A stretch of DNA of 63,935 nucleotides, filler included, from Reticulomyxa filosa (taxonomy: Eukaryota; Protista; Foraminifera): the NCBI GenBank assembly GCA_000512085.1. It is 14 parts of 14 records of this genome, joined end to end, with 100 filler letters (N's around TTAATTAATTAA, not from the genome) between each part and the next. Parts side by side here need not be neighbours in the genome. Positions count along the whole stretch, not along the records: positions 52,326 to 54,456 come from ASPP01045923.1; positions 54,557 to 59,838 come from ASPP01020436.1; positions 59,939 to 62,629 come from ASPP01028934.1; positions 62,730 to 63,935 come from ASPP01002113.1; 10 more parts are not named here. The stretch is one strand, 5' to 3'. How positions within the stretch are numbered: position 1 is the stretch's first letter; each line of letters starts with the position of its first letter. Under the pieces are notes generated by a model that was given only the letters and a program-made list of their open reading frames with translations, was not told the DNA's origin and made no database searches. The position numbers and the translations under genes are program-made. This document shows, one piece after another, positions 52,326 through 63,935 of this stretch.

Positions 52326-52910
52326 CTTATCGTGAAGTCTTTCGCCATTCCACAGGACTGCTTTGCCAAGCCTTGACCGATAATGTCCAGTTGCTGTCTT
52401 ATGTGGCCAGTCAAGATGACATTGTTCGAAGATTGGTCAAACCTTTGACCGAAGACTTATACGACACTTTAATTGTTTGTTTTTTCTTTTTAAAAAAAAG
52501 GGAGAGGGAGTGTTTGTGAGTTTTTTTCCCAAAATGTCCCCTCTACTTCTTTTAATCTTTTTTTGAAATTCTCTTCTCTCACTATCGCAGCTTCGCAATG
52601 TACTGGAAGTAGTGAAACAGTTATTGCAGTACGAAAATCCCCAAGTAGCTGTGTATGAAGACTGTGACACTGACATTACCAAAATCAAAAATATATGGAA
52701 ACTTGGGCCTCAACATCAAGCTATCGAGGTAAATGTGTTACTTTCTTCGTTTCTGTTTGTTTCACTATCACTACTGCTTCTTGTCATTAATTTATCTTTG
52801 TTGTTTGATCACACATACGTACAATACAAACAAGGTGAAGTTTACAAGATCTCAACAAGTCGAAAAAGTTTGCACTGAGTGTTTGGAATTGTTGCAAAAG
52901 CGTTTTTAAT
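52326..52910 (+). CDS. 3' exons of an unknown helical (ARM/HEAT-like?) protein
   Basis: YREVFRHSTGLLCQAL...IVRRL|LRNVLEVVKQLL...QAIE|VKFTRSQQVEKVCTECLELL joined by phase-0 GT-AG introns. Confidence 0.45.
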
Positions 52911-53354
52911 TGTAAGATGAAAGAAGAAAAACAATAAAAAATAAAATAAAGACTAAGCGAATGCCATACAAAAGAGAAGTTGGCTTTGCCATTTGGGAAT
53001 AAAGTCAACACAGATTTTGTTGTGTACTGAATGACAAATCGATGTTTTTTGTGTATAGAACGAAACATAACGAAGGCATAAAGTTTTTTATAACGCAAAA
53101 AAAATCAGCACTAGCATTAACAATTGCGGCTCTTGTCAACTCTACAAATATTTCAAATTTCTGTCCTTTGATAGAAATCAATTTCATTCTCCTGCACATT
53201 AACACAATAAATGGAGACATTCCACTATTTGTGAAAAGCTTCTATTGAAGTTCTGTTGGTTACTTACCGTTAACTTAAAAAAAAGGGCAAAACTCGCTTA
53301 ACTTTTCTAAAAGAATTTTCTCAAATCATTTTATCGTGAAACAACTCTACAACT

Positions 53355-53877
53355 ATGGTAATTTCTTTTTGCATTTTTCTTTGATTCAAACCAACATCTT
53401 AACTGCTTTTACAGGCCCAGGACTCACGTAAAGACTCACACAAAGACTCGTCAGTGAAGATAATTAAAAACAAAAACGATTGGGCTGCTTTCAAGGCAAC
53501 AAAAACAAAATTAGTATGCAATTTTTATGTATTTTGTTTCAATTTTTTTACTAGTTGACTTTTTTTGAACGCCGAAGGTTGCTATCGATTTTTTCGCTGA
53601 CTGGTGTGCCCCTTGCAAAACAATGGGCCCTATTTTTAATGATTTAAGCACAGAGGCCAGTTATAAAGATATTGTTTTTGTCAAAGTCGATATCGATGGG
53701 TTCAAACCCAAGGATACTGATGATAACCCAGTGAAAGAATTTGATATCCAAGGCGTTCCATCGTTTGTTTTCCTGAAAAATGGAACAGAAGTGCAGGATA
53801 CTCGAGTTGTCGGTGCTGGCGAAAAAAACGAAGAAAAGTTAAAAAAAAATCTTTCCTACCTCGCTGCTGGAAAGTAA
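53355..53877 (+). CDS. Thioredoxin (WCAPC); 3 exons, first coding exon is ATG only
   Basis: VAIDFFADWCAPCKTMGP, FVKVDID, IQGVPSFVFLKNG, VVGA. Confidence 0.93.
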
Positions 53878-54456
53878 ATTTTTCCGTTTTTTGTTAAGAA
53901 TTTTTTTGGGAAAACACTTTTTGATTTCCTTTACGCGGACAATGGTCCATTTTTCAATCAGTTCAATCAGATAATTGATTTTTATTTTCTTTTGAAATTT
54001 AGAAGCTGCTAACGCTAAATAAATGTTTCTATTGTTGACCATCAATCTTTTTTATTGATTTTAAAAATAAAAAGGAAGTGTTTGGTGCAAGAAAGAAAAA
54101 TTCTGTCTTCTCAGAGGTACCGTATAAATAACCATCAAATACAGCATATTTGAAAATTTACATATAATATCTAGAATCCAAAAAAATTGATTTTTAATAA
54201 AAATGTAGAAAATCAGTTGAATTTGCCAATATGTGTAAATATTGTCAAAAAAAAATTTGAAGAAATATTGATTTTTCATGAATAAACACACATGTGTTCA
54301 TTTTTGTGGGTTTTTTTTTAGCTGTAGGTGTATAATCTGTTTTTGTATTTTCTGTTTTCATTATCAATAGATTTTTAATTAAGTTCACGTCTGGAAAATT
54401 TGAAGGGAAACTCAATACTTTTGTGGGATTTGTGAGAAGACTAAGTGTAATACGAA

Positions 54457-54556
54457 NNNNNNNNNNNNNNNNNNNNNNNNNNNNNNNNNNNNNNNNNNNN
54501 TTAATTAATTAANNNNNNNNNNNNNNNNNNNNNNNNNNNNNNNNNNNNNNNNNNNN
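54457..54556. other. Artificial contig linker
   Basis: N44-TTAATTAATTAA-N44. Confidence 0.98.
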
Positions 54557-55260
54557 ACTTTCATCTGCAACCACCATGTGTCACTGTCTTTTTCGGCATA
54601 TCGAGCTGCCCAAATACGCTGCAGGTCCTCACCACTTTGGATTCTTTTCTCTTGGCTTTCGTCTTCAAAGTGCACATCATCGGACACATCGCCGACCGCT
54701 TGCTTCAAATCTTCAAAGTGTTGCTTCCAATCCTCTTTTTCCATTTCACCACGAAAATTCGGATTATTCGAATTTTTTGGACACCATGTTATTCTCTTGT
54801 CATCTTTCGTTATTCCCAAGCATCTCTTTTTTTTAAAAAAAAAAAAAAGAAATTGAAACAATGAAATTTATATTTAACAATTTACGCAAAAAAAAAAAAA
54901 AAAAAAAAAGATCTTACTCAAACCATTTGTAGTGTATAAAATTCAGCATTTTTATCCTTAATTAGCAAATTCCAAAAATCAAAAAATTCATCGTCATTAT
55001 CAATATCGTTGTCAATGTTGTTTTTATTTATCAAAAGAAATCTGGATGTAGTCGTCAAATGAAGTACTTTTTTGATCGTATTCAACAGTTCTTCCCAGTT
55101 TCTCTCTTTCATTGCCTCTAGCATTCTTCCATCGTTACGCAGGCCGGTTGCTTTAAATATTGCTTTTTCATTTCCGTTGGACTCAATTACAATGTACTTA
55201 GTCTTTATATGTTTGTGTCCGTATACGTTTTTCCTGTTACTCCAGTTTCGTTTTGTAAGG
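54557..55260 (-). CDS. Hypothetical protein with two exon-sized ~85-aa repeats (PB1/ubiquitin-fold-like?), truncated
   Basis: Unit 1 MKERNWEELLNTIK...IDNDDEFFDFW...TLQM; unit 2 MEKEDWKQHFEDLK...IQSGEDLQRIW...WLQM. Confidence 0.45.
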
Positions 55261-55792
55261 TGTGTTTTAACTTAGCTTAAAAAGAGAGGGAAATAGACAC
55301 ACCATTTTGCCAAGTTTGTCTAGAGAAGGGCTGCAAGAAACGACAATTCAAAGATTCAAAAACGGAAAAAAGAAAAACAACTTGCCAAATTTTTTTGGAA
55401 CGAATCCCACCGGGAAAGTTTTTTACACAAAACAGGAAACAGCCTGAGTCCAATTAATTTTTTCATTTTTGTACAAAACAGAAAAGGTGTTATTATACCA
55501 TCAATTATAGGCTTGCTTGTGTTTAACAAGAGTACTTCGTTGTCATAACCACAATTTAAATATAAAACATAAGTCGATTTTTTTTTTGTTTTGTCTTTCT
55601 TTTTGAATGCTGTAGGGAGGCCTGTCAACTGTAAAGGAAAGTTTGCCCTGAACTGGCGAATCCCTTTTTCCCAAAAACTTTCTTACTTTTTTCACCAACC
55701 TTTACTCTTACATACTGGATCACAAAATACTATATGCTGTCAGTTTTTAGTAAGTGCCTAGTATCTGAGTTGTATTTTAATATTTTTCTCAA

Positions 55793-56577
55793 TTAATTGC
55801 ACCAGCCAAAGCAATTATTAAGTTGTGTGAGTTTCTCCTTTTTTGGACAGCGATTTAAAGTTAATTTTATTTCGTTTTTTAAATCCATTCTTCGATACTC
55901 TTTGTCTTTACATAAATCTTTAAGACAAGGGAGCATAATTTCTTTACCAATTCCTTTGGCTCTGAAGTTTTTTTGAGTTCTGGGTTCTATTTTGCCACTC
56001 CATTGGTTTAATATTGCTCTCAAATCTTCAGCTTCTTTAAATCCGAAACTATTCAAAAGTGGAGCGAACAACTCTAAATGATGACATCATTTTTACCATT
56101 TCAGCGCATTGTTTGATATGTGCGTTTTGCCTTGCTGATGCAATTTGAAAAGCAATCGTTTGTTGAATTGTTTCCTTTTGAATTTGCACCACTTGCTTTA
56201 CTTCTTCCTTTGCCACGCCTGTTTTTTTTACTGCTTCTGCAATTGATGTTACAGATGCGCTCAATTTTTGTTCGTTTATCTTTATTTGCATATTTGTCAG
56301 ACGCTTTTGCTTCTTCCAACTCTTTTTTCATTGCTTCAGTTTTTGGTCTGCAGCGGTTTCAAATCTTTTTTTAATTCTCCTTTACTATTTACTTCTACTC
56401 GACAGCCGTTTGGTGACCTGTCTTGAAAAGAATTCTTTTTAAAAACTTTCCTTTGTCCTTAGTTCGAAAAAGATGCCTTGTAGTAACCCGTTTGTAATTT
56501 GCAGAACAGAAACTGCAGTATTTTTGAACAGTTCGAAAACTCCGTTTCCTTAAAATAATATCAGCTGATTTTTTCAT
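55793..56577 (-). pseudogene. Frameshifted intronless coiled-coil ORF remnant of unknown origin
   Basis: ORFs 56101..56331, 56049..56291 and 55793..56071 join after single-base corrections; upstream frame contains stops. Confidence 0.4.
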
Positions 56578-57131
56578 TTTAAATGTTATGAATATTCGGT
56601 GCTATTTTATATCTGTTCCCTATGTCAAGAAGTAGGCTTTGTCTACAGCGACAAAATACTTGAGCGCTATTGCTGGAAATCCTTCACTATGTGGATATAC
56701 GTTTTGATAATATATTTCATAACATTACTTTTTGCCATTCATGCTTTTTTTCCTAAAACATCACTGTTTTTACTTCTGATCTTTGGAAATTTATACCATC
56801 TCTCTACTAAAACATACGGAACTTCTTTTTATGTGAATTAAAGAGCAACATTACGCAAATTCAAGAGCACATAAACTTCTCATATGTAAACATTTTTATT
56901 GGCACACGCATGTGAGGTTTCCTCCCGCGTCAACAATAATGAATTGTCGAATTTTTTAAGAAATCCAAAATGAAATGTTCAAAGTCGACAACAAAGTGAA
57001 AAACAGATTGTCAGCAAAATTATGGATAATTTATCGAGTTAAAAACAAGTCATAAAACACGATTTAAGCCACATTTTCCTTTGTCAAAAAATTGTTCAAC
57101 TTTTTAATAGAATTCACAAGATTTTTGGAGC

Positions 57132-59425
<2,294 letters not shown>

Positions 59426-59838
59426 TGACAAGAACAACACACACGTCACTCTCCCTCCCTTATTTGTTTCCTTTGATTGTGTTTCTAGCTCCCTTGTGTA
59501 TACGTATATCTACGGAAATGCGTATTTCCGTCATTTTTTTTTTTTTTTTTTTTTTTGGTTGGATGGTTTTTGTTTCTTACTAAGGCTTTTGAGGGATAAA
59601 ACAAAACAAAACAAAAATAAAATGAAACAAAATAAAAAACAACACATGAAAACACAAAGCAAAAGAATTCCTTTTGTTTTGTTTTAATTGATTTACACAA
59701 CACCTCGAAAGATGAATTTCGAGGCTTTGAAATAACTGCATCCAAAGACTTTTTTTTTTTTGGTCTCCCTTTTTTTTTTTTTTATATCCCCCTCTCCTCC
59801 TTTTAAAAGGAGAAGGACGAAAATATCTACTCCCCCCC

Positions 59839-59938
59839 NNNNNNNNNNNNNNNNNNNNNNNNNNNNNNNNNNNNNNNNNNNNTTAATTAATTAANNNNNN
59901 NNNNNNNNNNNNNNNNNNNNNNNNNNNNNNNNNNNNNN
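59839..59938. other. Artificial contig linker
   Basis: N44-TTAATTAATTAA-N44. Confidence 0.98.
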
Positions 59939-61689
59939 TCCAATATTGGTTGTTATTCATATCTAATTCTTTTTTGTTGCTGCCATATTCGTCCATGAAC
60001 TTTTTCAATCAATTTTGCATGGCCTTTTTTTGGTCCCCTTTTTTTTTTTTTTTTAAAGTGGAAAGACACAATATTGAATTGTGAATGTATATAGGTAGAT
60101 ACCAGCAAAAAAAGAACTTTATGCTTCTTTGGCCAATCAAGGTTTTTCTTTTGTTTAAAAAAGACACCATCCTTTCGATTGAATAATGGGTTGTCTTTGA
60201 ATTAGAAATCAAATTTCGATTTCCAGTGGATCCATACTGTTTGCCTCGTGAAGTGGCACCGAAACTTAGAGCTTCTCATGTTAGTTGTACTTTCAAGTCC
60301 ACATCTGCGACATCTATCTTCACAAAGATGTTCTTTTTATCTTGGCCCATAAAAAATTCCGAGTCAATGATTTTGCTATTGCCATTTCCCTTTTTTTCAA
60401 ATTCTAGTTTCCCCCTGAAAGAAAAATTCTTTATGATCACAAAAGGACAAGAATACGAGTTATCGTGCAAAAATGTAAAAAAAAGTTGAACTATTTTTTT
60501 AATCTTTTTTAAATTTTATTAAAGTTTTTTGCACAACTTAAATAAGTGCAAATTTCATTACGTACTAAAATTAAAAAAAAACTAAGATCATGATACCTTC
60601 TGTTCATTTCAAGAACAAATTGATGTTATCATGTCGTTTTGAGAATATTGTCAAATCATGAACAGAGATCTTCTTGCACAAAAGGATATACATTTGCTAA
60701 CGAAAACACAAACACGTCTTCTTCCAAAGCATTGAAATTGCCAACAAGCAAGCGCACAGACATCAAAACGAGCGCTTCTGATTGGATGGAACAAATTATT
60801 GTCACTGAAACAAATACCAACAGCTCCATGGTATACATACGCATATATGCTATTGTGAAGAGTTTGTATCAATGCCATCTTGGAACATCTTCGCTTTAAT
60901 GCATACAACAACTCGAGGTATATACAAATGTTTTTTTTTAACATACAGAGCGACTGCGAGTGGACAAGCTCGTTTGGCAAACAGCTCCTCATTTCCTTAT
61001 TATATTCCTATCGGTTCAATATTCGTCGTGACCCGCTGCAATATCACACTTTCTCCCCGATTGGGTCTATCTGCCTTCACAAGAAAACGACATCAAATGG
61101 CAGTCCTGTTAAAACGCGCGGGAAGAAAATAAACATATTTACAAGGGATCGGAGTTGTGCAAGGTATCTTTTTTGGAGAATTTTCACATTTTGTTGCTTT
61201 TCTATAAAAAGGCAACCAATCAATTTTTTTTGAGATTATTCCTTTTCTCACTCAATCAAAAAAAAAAAAAATAAAGTGTAAAACGATTGCAACGCACACA
61301 ATACACAAACACACAAAACTCAACAGTGCTAGGACGTTCGACTGAGCGCAACAACGCTGACCTGATGATGCAATTTTGTGCGTTGAACATAACGAGCGAT
61401 GATCAGTAAGCATTTTTGCATACCTGGCAGCTCTGAACACTTGCTGGATATTCACTAGTCGTCCTTTTTTTATTTAACTTTTTTTAGTTTTTTTGATTGA
61501 AGATTATGGTTAATCTTGTAAGTGGAAAGAGTTTTGAAATGAGAAAAAAGCTCCATTCTTTTTCTGCATTGAGCTATTGTTAATGTACATAGAACAAATT
61601 CAGCATTTCTATAAATCATTTGAGATCCATTTAAAGTTTTATAAATATATTCGTTGCCACAAAATTTATTTGTTCTTCTATCTTAAAGT

Positions 61690-62629
61690 GGATTTATTAC
61701 CGATTTGATGTCCTTTGTTTCAATGTGCCCGGCAAGAGAGGGACAAACGGATGAGAAAAAACTGAGTGGAAGACTCTTAGACTCCAACAGCAACATGAAC
61801 TCATCGTTGATATATGGAATTGTATTGATGGTACTGTATGTATTAAATACGGTCGTGGTGGCATCAAACGTGAATACAAGAAATTCAAACGGAAACGGAC
61901 AAACACATTTGAAAAATCACAATATGGTCATATTAATGATATCATGGGGTATATTGATCAATCAATATTTCAACGACGTGGGGAAACCGAAAAAGTGGAA
62001 GTGTACGCAATGTGCAAAGGTCTACAACATAACAACTATACCGGTGGTGCAAATTTCAAATAAGGAGTCGATGCACTTAGAAAACGAACGTATACGTCTT
62101 CTACAAAGCAATTCTATGATCAATACAATGCAGCCCAAGAAGAATTCATATACCAAAATGATGGCCACGAATATGTCCAAATCAACTTTGAGTATATCAT
62201 TGGCAGCTTATGGATCAACATTCAAATTATTAATGTGCAGGTACATAACAGTGATGAAAGATTTAATAGAAAAAAAATATTCAGAAAAAAAAAGGGAGGT
62301 TTACGTATATCAAGAGATAGTAAGTGTGAGTGAGGAGTGATTGTATATATTATTGATTTTATTAAAATAGATTTTAAAAAAACAAAACAAAAACAGTAAC
62401 AAATTGGAGAATTGTGAATTAGATGTGATTGCAAGCACAACACAGTCGAATGACCAGTGCAAATTGTGCAAACGGTCACGAGCGAGTATAGGACAGGCGA
62501 CATTTTTTGCAGTCAAATATATATACCAAGTTAGCGCGAACGTAGAAATCAGTCACCAATTCTATACATCGTCGCAAAAATTGTGCCAACGTATCGATGC
62601 CAAATACAATCCATATCCAATTGCACATC
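61690..62629 (+). pseudogene. Unknown gene or pseudogene with two overlapping long + frames
   Basis: Listed ORF 61705..62340 overlaps a second frame (QQHELIVDIWNCIDG...FYDQYNAAQEEFIYQ...) broken only by one TGA and one TAA. Confidence 0.35.
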
Positions 62630-62729
62630 NNNNNNNNNNNNNNNNNNNNNNNNNNNNNNNNNNNNNNNNNNNNTTAATTAATTAANNNNNNNNNNNNNNN
62701 NNNNNNNNNNNNNNNNNNNNNNNNNNNNN
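62630..62729. other. Artificial contig linker
   Basis: N44-TTAATTAATTAA-N44. Confidence 0.98.
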
Positions 62730-63181
62730 ACAAACAGGTAGTTGATGAAATTGAAAAGTATTGTTATCTTCATTATATTCAATTAATAATCCTGTCTTTT
62801 TACAAAACAATAACATTTCATTATTTTTCTTATTTTTTGTCATTTCTTCATCATTTTCTGACTTTGATACAAAACAATGATATTCAATATAATCATTAGT
62901 TGGTAAAGTATCATGTTTAATAAATTGAAATGTATTTAAATCATACACACTAATGTTATTTGGGCTATGAGTGATAAACAATAAATGATTGCTTCTTCCA
63001 CCAATCACTGCACACATCACAGTATAATCGTCTTCACCTCTTCCGATCTATAGCACACGTTGAGACAGGTAAAGTGGAATGCGCAACTCCTTCAAACTTT
63101 GAAATGGAGTTGAAGTAATAATATTTTGATTTTATTCAATTTGTCTTTCAGGAGTTTATGTGTTTCAGTTTAATTAGACAT
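62730..63181 (-). pseudogene. Kelch-like beta-propeller family remnant (resembles the expanded Reticulomyxa family)
   Basis: STPFQSLKEL...SQRVL* jumps to IGRGEDDY..AVIGGRSNHLLFITH..ISVYDLNTFQFIKHDTLP..YHCFV..MLLFCKKTGLLIEYNEDNNTFQFHQLPVC; early stop MSN*. Confidence 0.7.
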
Positions 63182-63935
63182 GTTGTTAATGTTGATGAAT
63201 TTTTTTAAGTAGTTAAATTTTTTTTAAAAGTGGGACGTGACCCTTTTAAAGAAAGATATTTTACATGACAATAAAATAGAATTTATTGGGATTGAAATTT
63301 GCAACGTTTAAAACGTGAATTGATTTTTTTTTATAAGGAAGAAAAAGATGTTAAATCTGCTTCCTACTTGTTATTCAGTAACTTAAACAAAATACAAATC
63401 GCAAGAACTAAAAAAATGCTGTGTTACAGCAAATTCCGAAAAAGATCAAATCTTATTTTTATCAAATACGACAAAAAGGAATGATAACATAAAAAGCGGA
63501 AATGGAAAACAGCTGCTTTTTTTCATATTTTTAAACATACATGTTCGAGTTACTTTCATTCCTCAATTTCATTATATACAAAATAACAAGTTAATGAAGA
63601 CAGTTTTTAGTTTAATATCATTATCCATCTTTTTTTATAAAATTATTTCAAGGGATAAATAAATAATTTTTTTGATCACTTTTACAGAATCGAGGGGAAA
63701 AGAAAAATATTGAAAAAAAGAAGTTGTTAAGTGCTTAGAGATTATTTTTGCATTGTAAAGCTGCAACTATTTGTGAAATTCGTTTTAGGAGAAATTTTTT
63801 CTTTTTTACAGTCGACTGCGTCACATCAATTGTTCCATTTGAATAAATTTTTTAAAGTGGGACTTGTAAGAAAAATACATGCAGTAGGCTGCAAAGAAAA
63901 CTGAACGCCTAAAACGATATCTTATGATGATAATT

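Overview
This window is not one locus. It is 14 short contigs joined by 13 artificial 100-nt linkers (N44-TTAATTAATTAA-N44). The DNA is AT-rich, intron-containing eukaryotic nuclear sequence in the standard genetic code. A polyubiquitin junction with an extra Ala (LRGG-A-MQI) indicates a rhizarian, most likely a foraminiferan, and a kelch-family remnant resembles, from my recall, the expanded family of Reticulomyxa filosa. Recognisable genes, many cut by contig ends: SLC49/DIRC2-like MFS transporter, ZnT5/7-like CDF zinc transporter, USP34/USP24-like deubiquitinase fragment, presequence-bearing MscS channel, nuclear-encoded mitochondrial uS14, ALO/GULO-type FAD oxidase fragment, divergent frataxin-like protein, CELF/ELAV-type RRM protein, IlvD/Ilv3 dehydratase, TRM5, BMT5/DUF2431 methyltransferase, DH-PH RhoGEF, C2H2 protein, ricin-B-like secreted protein, IGHMBP2 fragment, thioredoxin and DDX5/Dbp2. 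There is also a decayed APE-RT-RNase H LINE and several pseudogenes. The standout is a Ufd2/UBE4-type U-box E4 ligase (43112-49880) with a KCMF1-like ZZ + Di19-type zinc module and a second ZZ finger inserted into its Ufd2P core, a candidate single-chain 'degron-reading E4'. All family calls are by-eye motif recognition; no searches were run, and exon boundaries are inferred.
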